DNA from: Nitrososphaerales archaeon
GTDB taxonomy: Archaea > Thermoproteota > Nitrososphaeria > Nitrososphaerales > UBA213
Direction of reading: 5' to 3'
Assembly: GCA_965197925.1 (NCBI GenBank)
Contig: CBDAOC010000020.1
Coordinates: 941,312 to 973,311, forward strand
DNA length: 32,000 nt
The position numbers and the translations under genes are program-made. The first letter of the stretch is position 1, and each line of letters begins with the position of its first letter. Shown piece by piece: positions 17,991-27,504 of this stretch. Below the pieces are notes generated by a model that saw only the letters and a program-made list of their open reading frames with translations, ran no database searches and was not told the DNA's origin.

Positions 17991-18705
17991 TAATTTATCC
18001 CAAAACTCTCCAATACATCATGATTGATGCGATGTTAACCAACCCAAAATAATTCTCCGCTCTTCTTTCATACCTGATTGCCATTCTATGGAATCCACAC
18101 TTGAGCCACGCAAAGAATCTCTCAACAACGTAACGTGTCTTGCTGTAATCGTTTTGGTTTGTTGTCTTGTTGTTCTTTGTCTTGAAATTTCTGTGTGAAA
18201 TACAATCTAGAATATTTCTGCTTTTCAAATATTCTCTAATTGCCTTAGAATCATAACCCTTGTCTGCATAAACTGATGTAATTTGTTTTATTGAATCATC
18301 ATCTAGATAGTCAGAAATGTTTTCCATCACATCAATTAATCTAGTAGAGTCATGTTCATTTGCAGAACCAATAATTATTGATACTGGCAGGGAATTACAA
18401 TCAACTGAACATGTATCTTTGTGCCTGTAATCCTCTTGAATCCAGCATGTCCAATCACATTGCCTCTTTTTTGGCAGGAAAGTTGAGGAATCAACTGATA
18501 TCCTCTGCAGTTGTAGATTGGGATAGGAGTATTCAAGAAGGTATGGAAGAGATCTTTTTCCATACTTTCCTTTGCTGCCAGTTCTGTAACCTGCGATGTG
18601 CAGTTGATTTTGAGCCATACTTTTCTGGCATCTCACGCCACCTGCATCCAGTAACTAGAACAAACAGATTCCATTTACGTGACATCATTAGCTTGGTGTT
18701 CTTGC
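17991..18705 (-). mobile_element. 5'-truncated, frameshifted copy of IS-B nested in IS-A in inverted orientation
   Basis: The minus-strand translation parallels IS-B copy 1 (LVTGCRWREMPEKYGSKSTAHRRLQNWQ; KRGNVIGHAGFKRITGTKIHV; LPVSIIIGSANEHDS; ADKGYDSKAIREYL; YVVERFFAWLK; IASIMMYWRVLG). The right end atcccaaaactctcc starts at 17997. The first 160 bp or so of the element are missing, and there is an extra frameshift after TKIHV. Confidence 0.8.
18516..18551 (+). repeat. 36-nt patch identical to IS-A orfA 17641-17676, embedded in plus orientation inside the minus-oriented IS-B fragment
   Basis: gattgggataggagtattcaagaaggtatggaagag occurs at both places. It replaces about 39 nt of IS-B (the segment LSAAVKSAHRSGK in copy 1). 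Confidence 0.85.
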
Positions 18706-18870
18706 ATAGAAGAGGTATTCCTCTCTCATCTGTAATTACTGGAGCAAACAAGCACGATATGAAATCAGCCTTTCCTACAATAGATAGCATTGTTGTTGAT
18801 ATGCCCAAAGTTAAACAGAACATATGCATGATAGGATACGATTTCCCTGAGATAGAGTATGGAGTATGAA
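18706..18870 (+). repeat. Second copy of the 166-bp IS-A duplication
   Basis: See 17825-17990. This copy continues into the IS-A 3' part. Confidence 0.9.
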
Positions 18871-19432
18871 ATATGGAGTTAGGAAGGGGATATGTGGATC
18901 ACATTCGTCGTAAGGGTGAAGTGTTGAAAAAGAATTTGTACAAAGCAAAGAGATGGGTTGTAGAAAGAACCGCATCTTGGCATAACAGGTTCAGAAAGTT
19001 ATTGGTAAGGTTCGAGAAGAAGAAGGAAAATTATCAGGCGCTGGTAGAACTTGCTAACTCCCTAATAATATACAGAGCGATATATTGGTAGTGTCATAAA
19101 CACGTTAATGCAACTGTTTCTAGTATCTACTATCTACAATACTAATAAAATCAATAGTAAGAAAACTAAACCTGATATTATGAACTAATATTCTTGCATT
19201 CTAAATGTTATCATTTCTACCAATCATTAACTATCAGCTAGAATTTTAGGATAGGCTCTAAGTGATATGGAGGTATGCTTTTACTAATAGTCAATAAATG
19301 AGTTGAACAACTTGTTTAACAAATATACCTATTTCATCAGCTTGGTGTGTCGTTATACTAATAATTCTGATTACTCTTTCAGATCAATTATTTTACTCCT
19401 AATGAAGAAATGCCCTCTACCAAGTCCTGTAA

Positions 19433-19455
19433 ATCCCAACAACTGATCGTTTAGA
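19433..19455 (+). repeat. Solo IS-B left-end remnant
   Basis: atcccaacaactgatcgtttaga versus the IS-B copy 1 left end atcccaaaactgatcatttagt (one indel, then two substitutions including the final base). No similarity beyond this. Confidence 0.4.
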
Positions 19456-19792
19456 TCGGTTCCCATGTAATGATCTAAGAATGGTTAACATCCCTCTTCC
19501 TTCCTCTCTTTTAGTTTAAGCAAGGCAACTATAGGAATATTTTAATTGGATGTTTCTGAAATTCTATTAATTGCTGATAGCAGTTAAGGTACATAATTTG
19601 CTTTGTCAGAATGAACTAATATGAATAAGAATGAATACGTGGGGTATGAGGAAAGAAAGGGATGGACTATTGACAACAAAAGGGAGAATATACTGGTCTT
19701 GATCCAGTTGGATCAATTAGAGTATTTGTTTATCAATGGACTATTGTATGAACAACAGTAAAGTAATACATTATTAGAAACTATAAGATTTT

Positions 19793-20551
19793 TTAAAGGA
19801 AAGATTTCAGTTTCGTGAGTGATTTCAATGGTTCCCAAACAGATTCTATTACATAAATCCCATTAAAGTTATTCTTCAAAGACTGTATCAGTTTCATCCA
19901 GTCTATGTTGCCTTGTCCAACATTTAGATGAAGGTCTTTGTCACCAGAATTATCAGTCACATGAATTATTAGGAATTTGGAGGCATATTTTTCGACAAAC
20001 TCACCTAGCTTATTGGCTACGTTTGCATGTCCGGTATCAAATACAAGATTAATGTCAATATTATTGGCTTTGCTGAATTCTTCGAACTCCGATGGCGATG
20101 CCATGAAACCTTTATCCGGGGTCATGTTTTCAATGCCAATCTTCATTCCTCTCGAATTGCCATAATCTATAATATCTACTAATGACTGGCAATTTAGTTG
20201 CCATAAATCGGAATCTGAGCTAAATGTTTTATTTCCTGGGTGTTGTACATAAGCAAGTGCCTCTATATCGGCAGCAAAGTCGATCGAAGACTTTATTTTA
20301 GTAATTGCAAGTTTCCTTGATTCATTGGATGGATCAGATATTTTTGAGGCCACATCAAAAGGTCCATGAACCGTGAACTTGATACCATTGTTCTCTTTTA
20401 GCAATGCTGTCGACTGCTCGTTCAGTTCAGTTGTTCTAAAATCAAAAACTTCAGCGACACTCAAATCATTGATATTTGCCTTTATATCACTAAGAAATGA
20501 TTCCATAGATTTATCAAAAAGTGCTGTATACATGCTTGATAGTCCAAGCAT
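19793..20551 (-). CDS. Sugar-phosphate isomerase/epimerase (xylose-isomerase-like TIM barrel, AP endonuclease 2 fold)
   Basis: 252 aa with the family pattern HGPF, IENM, DTGHAN, HVTDN and a NIDW-type tail. Confidence 0.75.
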   Translation of the reverse strand: MLGLSSMYTALFDKSMESFLSDIKANINDLSVAEVFDFRTTELNEQSTALLKENNGIKFTVHGPFDVASKISDPSNESRKLAITKIKSSIDFAADIEALAYVQHPGNKTFSSDSDLWQLNCQSLVDIIDYGNSRGMKIGIENMTPDKGFMASPSEFEEFSKANNIDINLVFDTGHANVANKLGEFVEKYASKFLIIHVTDNSGDKDLHLNVGQGNIDWMKLIQSLKNNFNGIYVIESVWEPLKSLTKLKSFL

Positions 20552-21001
20552 ACATAGCCCACCAATCTTACAATTATAAACTTTAATATTCTTAATTAAA
20601 TTGCAATTATTTGAACTCTTAATTCTTTAGTAGCTGTAGAAGTTCCTATTATAAGAAAGGAGTTTCTTTTGAATTATATTCAATACAAATCCAATTAACT
20701 TACATTCTGCCTGCACGGTTTTGTTTACTGTTATTTAGCTCATATTGTTTTGAGACAGGAACATCATTATCCTTGTCTTCTCAAATATTCTTATCCACTA
20801 ACCTCTTCTTCTATACAACATATGTTCTAATAGATCTACATGGCATTTTTCCAAACTTTAGCATGATGAAACATATAGTTCTGTGGGTTCACCTTGACCA
20901 TGCAAGAAGTTCATCCATCTTACATATGTTAACTATTTGTAATAAAATATCTAATTCATGAATTACGCCATGATTACCAAATGATTCCTTTTATTACTGG
21001 T

Positions 21002-21967
21002 TTAGTTACAAGTTATACCCTGATTGACAAGTATTGAATAGCAACCAAGCCCACAATCTTCACAAATTGGCTTCAGTGCTTCGCTATCTGCACTTCCTAT
21101 ACAACAGGGCCTTTTTATTCTGCCCATGTGATCTAGCGAGAGTATAGCCCATGTAGGACATTGAACGGGTGTTGTACCAACCCCTCCCCAGTTACCTTTC
21201 ATCAATGATAGTTGTCTATCATCATTAATGACAAAATCTGGGTATTTTCTATGCAATTTAATAATTTTATCAACCACTTCACTGCGTTTTTCTCCATATG
21301 CCAACCATAGAGGATCACTCTTGATAAATGGAGTATGAAATTGGAATGCTATCTTGTTGACTTTTCCTCTCCATTCTTCAATCAAATCCTCTACTGTAGT
21401 ATAATTCAGTGCATTGATTGTGGTAGAAATCCAAATGTCTTTCCAAGCAGGCTTCCCATGACGTTCAGGTCCTTCTATATAATCAAGTATATTCTTCCTT
21501 GTTTTTGCATAGGAGCCCGCTTCTCGAATGCTGTCATGTATTTGTTCTGTGTCATCTAAAGATACCTAGTAAAAATACAGATTTTTAAATCTCTTTAATG
21601 GGAAAGTTCCGTTTGTAACTACACAAACTCGTTTAGGCATTTCCTCACAAAAAACTTCAATTACATCAGGCCGCATTGTTGGTTCTCCACCTACAAGAGT
21701 AACAAAGAAAATTTTCTGTTTTTTGAAGGTCTTTCTAATGACTTCCCTCCACTGATCTGCAGATAATTCTTCTTCATCCTTTCTGTTCAACCACCAGTAA
21801 CAATGGGTACAGTGTAAATTACAGACATTAATAATGTCAACAGAACCAAATATTGGTGGCTTCGCATTAAAAAGCTTGATGCTTGCGTACTTTGTGAATA
21901 GGTTAACATAATTTGGCATTTCACGAATGAGATCGGTTATTCCACGACCATATATTAAATCGGTCAT
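21002..21967 (-). pseudogene. Radical SAM protein (HpnH/DUF3463-like C-terminal Cys cluster) with a single in-frame TAG
   Basis: One continuous frame of 321 codons. CNLHCTHCYWW (CxxxCxxC) is at the N-terminus, GGEPTMRP follows, and the C-terminus has CPTW...PCCIG...CEDCGLGC. The TAG at 21566-21568 interrupts KNLYFY*VSLDDTEQIHDSIR. ORFs 21566-21967 and 21002-21385 share the same frame. Confidence 0.8.
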
Positions 21968-22165
21968 AATTTAATACTACAGATTGGATAAATAAATGTA
22001 AATTCTTTTTACTTTTTTTAAAGGATATAATATTATTAATTGATCAATCGGGTCTTGGTGTGAATATTTTCTTTCAAACCTATTTGATGGATAACAATAC
22101 AGACATTCTTCATTTGGAAGAATTTTTCAAAAAAAGGCGAGTAGGACAATATACCGGTAAATATT

Positions 22166-22193
22166 TTCTATATTTCATTTTCTATATTTCATT
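22166..22193 (+). repeat. 14-bp direct duplication (ttctatatttcatt x2) about 175 bp upstream of the pyrophosphatase gene
   Basis: Read directly. Confidence 0.85.
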
Positions 22194-22366
22194 CTTTTGT
22201 ATGGGTTAATTTTTATATTTTTCATCCAGTGAAGGATCCGATTAGTTAGTCCCTAATCTTAGATTCATTCCTGAAAGAAGTTCACCTAGAATTGCTTCAA
22301 TGATATCTTATACGACTTGCAAATGTTGCAAAAACATATATGCCACCAATTGGCCGATGACTGAAA

Positions 22367-24415
22367 ATGGCTATACTGGATACGGGGTTTACTATTACAT
22401 TTATTGCAGCTATAACATCTCTTGTGCTCGCTGGTGTAATGGCAGTATGGATTGGGAAACAAAATAGTGGCACCCAAAAGATGTTGGAACTCAGCAGAGC
22501 AGTCAGGGAAGGTGCGGCCGCATTTTTAAGACGTGAATTTAAAATTATAATACCTATAGCAGTAGTTTTGGCAATTTTAATTTCTATTCCTTCTGGCATC
22601 TCAAACGGAGTTGCATTTGCGGTTGGAGCAGCGTTATCAGGAATTGCTGGTTTGATAGCAATGAAGATAACAGTAAAGGCTGCTGTACGAACTGCACAAG
22701 CTACAACGAAGAATCTTGGGCAAACTCTAGTTACCGCCTTTAGGGGAGGTGCGGCGGTAGGTCTTTCTATACCAGCCATGGCATTGATAGGAGTTGCTGG
22801 ACTGTATTTGATCTACCCTGAGCCAATAACCATTGCTGGTGTAGGTATAGGGGCTAGTTTGATTGCTTTGTTCATTAGAGCAGGAGGAGGAATCTTCACA
22901 AAGGGCGCTGATTCAGCTGCGGACCTTGTCGGAAAGGTGGAAGCTCATATACCAGAGGATGATCCTAGAAACCCTGCTACCATAGCAGATAATGTTGGTG
23001 ATAATGTAGGTGATGCTGCTGGAATGGGTTCCGATATCTACGAATCATACATCGTAACCCTTCTTGCAGGGATGCTTTTGGGGTTTTTGATTGTTTCAGA
23101 GGTGATAGACAAAACCGAGTTTGTACTTTTTCCAATTGTAGTTGGTGCCGCAGGAATGATTGGCTCGATAATTGGTGTCCTAACTGTTACTCCAAGGAAA
23201 GTGAGCGATGCAATGAAGCCGCTTAATGTAGCCTTTATAGTTGCTGCAGTGGTTGCAATAGTTCTCAACTTTATCTTTGCAAGATTGATTTTGGGAGATA
23301 CTCCATTAACCTATGGTCTCTTTGCAGCCACCGTGTTGGGTGTTATACTTGTTCCAGTAATTCAACGTATAACTGACTACTATACAAGCTTCAAGTACCC
23401 ACCAGTCAAAGAGATTGGTGAGGCAACAAAGTGGGGATATTCGGCAAATATACTTGCTGGAATAGTCACTGGCATGAGGTCAAATACGGCATTCATGCTC
23501 GCCATTGTGGTAACACTTGCAATTTCATATGCGATTACATTCACAATATCAGGTGATCCTTTGGTTGGTATCTATGGTACGGCTATAGCAGCGATGGGAA
23601 TGCTCAGTTTAGCTGGCATTGTGCTAAGTATTGACGCATTTGGACCGATAAGCGATAACGCAGGAGGAATAGTTGAGATGACAAGTATGGGTGAGGAAAA
23701 TAGAAAGATCACTGACGAGATAGATGCAGTTGGTAATACTACCAAAGCAGTTACCAAGGGCTTTGCGATAGCAAGCGCTGGATTGGCAGCACTGGCTATG
23801 ATACAGGCATTCCAACACGAAGCAGCCCAGATCTTTGTTCACAAGACACTTGGATTCAGCTTGTCAGATCCAAACGTTATAATCGGTCTGCTCGTTGGCG
23901 GTTTATTACCATTCTTGATAGCAAGCCAGCTGATCTCTAGCGTTAGTAAGGTTGCAAATAAACTAGTTGACGAAATAAGGAGACAGTTCAAGGAAATTCC
24001 AGGCATACTTGAGGGAACAGGGAAGCCTGATTATGCTACTTGCGTCGATATAGCAACCGGTGCGAGTATAAAACAGCTCTTCAAACCCGCAATAATAACG
24101 GTAACAACGCCGATTATTATGGGTGTGGTTTTGGGACCCACTGCAGTCGCTGGACTATTGATGGGCGCTGTAATTACTGGTATATTCCTTGCGTATCACA
24201 TGGCTAATAGTGGTGGTGCAATGGATAATGCCAAAAAGTACATTGAGATAAAGGGAAGAAAGGCAAGTGAGGAACATGACATAGCAGTAGTTGGAGACTT
24301 GGTAGGAGATCCTTACAAAGATACTGCTGGTCCGGCACTAAATACAGTAATAAAGTTACTGAACACTGTGGCAATAGTATTTGTTCCGATCTTCTTCGGA
24401 TTTGCTGGAATTTAA
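22367..24415 (+). CDS. hppA: Membrane-bound H+-translocating pyrophosphatase, K+-independent signature
   Basis: 682 aa polytopic protein with DNVGDNVGD, GGIFTKGADSAADLVGKVE, DAxGNTTKA and GDPYKDTAGPALN. It has Lys in GNTTKA where K+-dependent enzymes have Ala. TATA-like acatatatg lies about 28 nt upstream. Confidence 0.95.
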   Translation: MAILDTGFTITFIAAITSLVLAGVMAVWIGKQNSGTQKMLELSRAVREGAAAFLRREFKIIIPIAVVLAILISIPSGISNGVAFAVGAALSGIAGLIAMKITVKAAVRTAQATTKNLGQTLVTAFRGGAAVGLSIPAMALIGVAGLYLIYPEPITIAGVGIGASLIALFIRAGGGIFTKGADSAADLVGKVEAHIPEDDPRNPATIADNVGDNVGDAAGMGSDIYESYIVTLLAGMLLGFLIVSEVIDKTEFVLFPIVVGAAGMIGSIIGVLTVTPRKVSDAMKPLNVAFIVAAVVAIVLNFIFARLILGDTPLTYGLFAATVLGVILVPVIQRITDYYTSFKYPPVKEIGEATKWGYSANILAGIVTGMRSNTAFMLAIVVTLAISYAITFTISGDPLVGIYGTAIAAMGMLSLAGIVLSIDAFGPISDNAGGIVEMTSMGEENRKITDEIDAVGNTTKAVTKGFAIASAGLAALAMIQAFQHEAAQIFVHKTLGFSLSDPNVIIGLLVGGLLPFLIASQLISSVSKVANKLVDEIRRQFKEIPGILEGTGKPDYATCVDIATGASIKQLFKPAIITVTTPIIMGVVLGPTAVAGLLMGAVITGIFLAYHMANSGGAMDNAKKYIEIKGRKASEEHDIAVVGDLVGDPYKDTAGPALNTVIKLLNTVAIVFVPIFFGFAGI

Positions 24416-24765
24416 TTTCTTACCATATTTTATTGTCCTGGTCTAATATCTATGATGTCAAAAGGGAAGGTTCGTGTGATGAAATATAATTAATTGCTAA
24501 CCGGTTAGAATAAACTTAGGTCATTTTTTTTCAAACCTTGGTATAAATGCTAGGTATTATTCAACCCGCAAAGTTGTTCTATCCAGGAATACCAAATACG
24601 TTATCTGGTATTACATGGAAAACAATTTTAGGGATTCGCAAGATCTGCTCATCTGGGAAACATCTCATAGAATATATTGATCCGATTGAGATTACTCGAG
24701 AAATATTCAATTTTACAAGCCAGCAATGGCCAAAATGTTTAATTACTCTTAACACCCTACACTTG

Positions 24766-26994
24766 ATGACCATGACGAAGTCCACGGGAAGAAGTAATAG
24801 TTTTAAGATTACAGTTGCGGCAGGAGTTGCCGTCGTAATAGTACTTGGGGTATTATTCTTTGCTTATTATGATTCGTTGGAACCTGAATACGTACCACCA
24901 CCAACACCACCGACACAAACCGGAGAACTACCCTCGGGAAGCGAAGATATAGGAGGACCAACAACAACTGGTAGAGATTTGAGCCCTGAAGAACAGGCTA
25001 AGATAGATGCAGTAATGAAAATAACAAAGACAGAATTTGCTACATTTAGGTTTCTGTCTGGAGGACCAGCAGATCCAGTTTGGAATAGTATTTCCGAACA
25101 GATGAGACTAATGATGAAAGGTAAGGTCGAAGGAGTACAAGGTGTACCAGGAGCAGGCGTTGATTCAATGCCAGGTACTGGAGTTATTAATATACAAAAG
25201 ATAACTGAGGAAGTGAGAGAGGCAGAATGTGGGTTTACATACTCTTTCTTGGCAAAGGCTGCAATGATGGGAGAAGATCCGTTCAAGAAGAGACATACAT
25301 CCATACAAGGTGTGGCTAATTTGTATGAACAAGGATTACACTTCATAGTTAGGGCGGATTCGCCACTGGAAACAGTAGGCGATATTAAGGGCAAGGATAT
25401 CAAACTAGCAACCTCACTATCAGGAGAGATTGATAATATGGTGACAAAATGGGTACTAGGAGAATATGGTATATCATTTAGTGACATGGAATCTGCTAGT
25501 GTTAGCGTCGAACAATTTTACTTTGACTTAGGCCTCATGAATCTTCAAGATGGGACCATTGATGCAGCATCTTACTTTATACCAGTAGGAAGTAAAGAAC
25601 TAACTGCATTCTTAAAAGAAAATACAGGCTATAAGATACTACGTGTAGAAGGAGATGTCCTGCAGAGCTTAGAGGAAAAGAAGCATCTATCAGCGATTGT
25701 TATACCAGCTGGTACGTACAAAGGTATGAATGATAATATACGTACTATAGGTTCTAATTCAATATTTGTATGCACAACGGCCTTGTCTAATGATGCAGTA
25801 GGAAAGGTATCATCATTGCTTATTGATAATTTGGATCATCTTGCAAAGGATAGACCAGAGGTAGCTATGCTAAAGCCCCAGAAGGCGTGGATGGGTGTTG
25901 GAATTGAAATGCATCCTGGCGCGGAGATATACTACATGGATGATTGTATGACTGCGGAAGGAGATCCTTGTATGGTAAAGGATGTTGAAACAGTAGCTCC
26001 AGGACAAGATGACAGGGATTTGAGCCCTGAAGAACAGGCTAAGATAGATGCAGTAATGAAAATAACAAAGACAGAATTTGCTACATTTAGGTTTCTGTCT
26101 GGAGGACCAGCAGATCCAGTTTGGAATAGTATTTCCGAACAGATGAGACTAATGATGAAAGGTAAGGTCGAAGGAGTACAAGGTGTACCAGGAGCAGGCG
26201 TTGATTCAATGCCAGGTACTGGAGTTATTAATATACAAAAGATAACTGAGGAAGTGAGAGAGGCAGAATGTGGGTTTACCTTTACTTTCTTGGCAAAGGC
26301 GGCAATGAAGGGAAGTGACCCATTTAAGGAAAAGAGGACAACCATAGAAGGAGTGGCTAATTTGTATGAACAAGGATTACACTTCATAGTTAGGGCGGAT
26401 TCGCCACTGGAAACAGTAGGCGATATTAAGGGCAAGGATATCAAACTAGCAACCTCACTATCAGGAGAAATTGATAACATGTTGACACAGTGGGTACTAG
26501 GAGAATATGGTATATCGTATAGTGACATTGAATCTGCTGGTGGTAGCGTAGAACACTCATATCTAGACTTAGGCCTCATGAATCTTCAAGATGGGACCAT
26601 TGATGCAGCATCTTACTTTGTCTCCGTAGGCAATAAAGAACTAAAGGCATTCCTAGAGGATAACATGGACTTTAAGCTGTTATCGGTGGATGAAAATGTG
26701 ATAAAGGGCTTGGGGTCAAAGGATCTTATGGATGTAAATATAACATCCGGTACATACGCTGGCATTGATGAAGATGTAACCACGGTAGGGTCAAATACGA
26801 TATTCATATGCACAACGGATTTATCTATTGGTGCAGTACAAAAGGTATCATCGCTGCTGTTAGATAACTTGGATCACCTAGCCAAGGATAGACCAGAGGT
26901 GGCTGCTCTAACTTTAGAGGAAGCAGTGATGGGTATAGGAATATCATTGCATCCTGGTGCCGAAGTTTATTACCAGAGTGTAGACATACTTTAG
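24766..26994 (+). CDS. Membrane-anchored protein with two tandem TAXI-family (TRAP-type) solute-binding modules
   Basis: The start is placed at MTMTKSTGR before the helix ITVAAGVAVVIVLGVLFFAYY, followed by a Pro/Thr linker. Each module runs from RDLSPEEQAKIDAV to the TAXI-typical C-terminus HPGAE(I/V)YY. No TRAP membrane component is adjacent. Confidence 0.8.
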   Translation: MTMTKSTGRSNSFKITVAAGVAVVIVLGVLFFAYYDSLEPEYVPPPTPPTQTGELPSGSEDIGGPTTTGRDLSPEEQAKIDAVMKITKTEFATFRFLSGGPADPVWNSISEQMRLMMKGKVEGVQGVPGAGVDSMPGTGVINIQKITEEVREAECGFTYSFLAKAAMMGEDPFKKRHTSIQGVANLYEQGLHFIVRADSPLETVGDIKGKDIKLATSLSGEIDNMVTKWVLGEYGISFSDMESASVSVEQFYFDLGLMNLQDGTIDAASYFIPVGSKELTAFLKENTGYKILRVEGDVLQSLEEKKHLSAIVIPAGTYKGMNDNIRTIGSNSIFVCTTALSNDAVGKVSSLLIDNLDHLAKDRPEVAMLKPQKAWMGVGIEMHPGAEIYYMDDCMTAEGDPCMVKDVETVAPGQDDRDLSPEEQAKIDAVMKITKTEFATFRFLSGGPADPVWNSISEQMRLMMKGKVEGVQGVPGAGVDSMPGTGVINIQKITEEVREAECGFTFTFLAKAAMKGSDPFKEKRTTIEGVANLYEQGLHFIVRADSPLETVGDIKGKDIKLATSLSGEIDNMLTQWVLGEYGISYSDIESAGGSVEHSYLDLGLMNLQDGTIDAASYFVSVGNKELKAFLEDNMDFKLLSVDENVIKGLGSKDLMDVNITSGTYAGIDEDVTTVGSNTIFICTTDLSIGAVQKVSSLLLDNLDHLAKDRPEVAALTLEEAVMGIGISLHPGAEVYYQSVDIL
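24976..26991 (+). repeat. Intragenic tandem duplication, period 1041 nt (347 codons, in frame)
   Basis: 24976-25238 is identical to 26017-26279 (263 nt). 25312-25427 is identical to 26353-26468 (116 nt). The 73 nt between these blocks and the distal halves are clearly diverged. Confidence 0.92.
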
Positions 26995-27504
26995 ATAACA
27001 ATGAACTACCGACCTGATAGCATAGATAAAGGCGGCAGGGACTGGTAAAAATAGATAGTTTTAGGCTTTTAGGCTTTTGTTATTATAATATTTCGTAGTT
27101 TAGCAATAATTAATTTACTATCCAATACAATTTTTGGAGTAGGGATAGAAATCTCCCTGAATAAGAACAAATTAAAAATAAAAAAGGATGACAATTGATA
27201 CCTATCTACAGAGAACAATTTTACAGAGAATAATATTGAGATACAGGAAAATGGAATACAATTATGATAGAGGATAGTAATGAGTTATCAAACATCATTA
27301 TTAGATCTTGTATCTAGTAAATGATTTCTAATAATATTGACTGCAGCTAAAAGTTATTGGGATGATAAGGAGGCAATCTATGCCAAAATATGGTACAAAT
27401 TTAGGTATCAAGAAATTGATAAATGGTAATAAACCATAATCGATGCTAGTGTAATTATACTGAGTAGATTTTAATACTTGATCTGCTTAATTTATTTGGG
27501 TATC

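Larger units (their letters stand above)
17426..19091 (+). pseudogene. IS-A transposase (orfA 17426-17800; orfB via a -1 shift at G GGA AAA 17758-17764), disrupted
   Basis: OrfA: FRKVLNGILYVLRTGCQWKK...STCHARFQEW. The -1 frame reads GGKTTGANPTDRGKLGTKRHMLVDRRGIPLSSVITGANKHD. The C-terminal part (18873-19091) has KRWVVERTASWHNRFRKLLVRFEKKKENY. The gene is interrupted at 17991-18870, and an in-frame TGA lies between EIEYGV and NMELGRGY. Confidence 0.8.
17318..19263 (+). mobile_element. IS5-family element (here IS-A), interrupted and internally rearranged; about 1.07 kb without the insert
   Basis: Terminal inverted repeats acttagagcttatccgaaaatt (17318-17339) and aattttaggataggctctaagt (19242-19263) match at 20 of 22 positions. 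An 18-nt perfect palindrome aacagatctagatctgtt (17368-17385) lies upstream of the transposase start. Confidence 0.8.

Noticed and set aside
19621-19761. 46-aa ORF (MNKNEYVGYEERKGW...), plus small ORFs at about 2090-2200 and 2230-2346.
   Set aside because: They are short, have no motifs or conserved context that I can assess, and cannot be supported from sequence alone.
22297-23842. Minus-strand ORFs 22297-22779, 23038-23268, 23572-23757 and 23624-23842.
   Set aside because: They are antisense shadows of the pyrophosphatase gene. Their translations are low-complexity (Ala/Ile/Thr/Pro-rich) with no motifs.
24867-26813. Minus-strand ORFs 24867-25487, 25932-26579 and 26613-26813.
   Set aside because: They lie antisense to the TAXI gene, and their duplication simply mirrors the sense-strand repeat. 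Their composition is Ser/Pro-rich and not protein-like.
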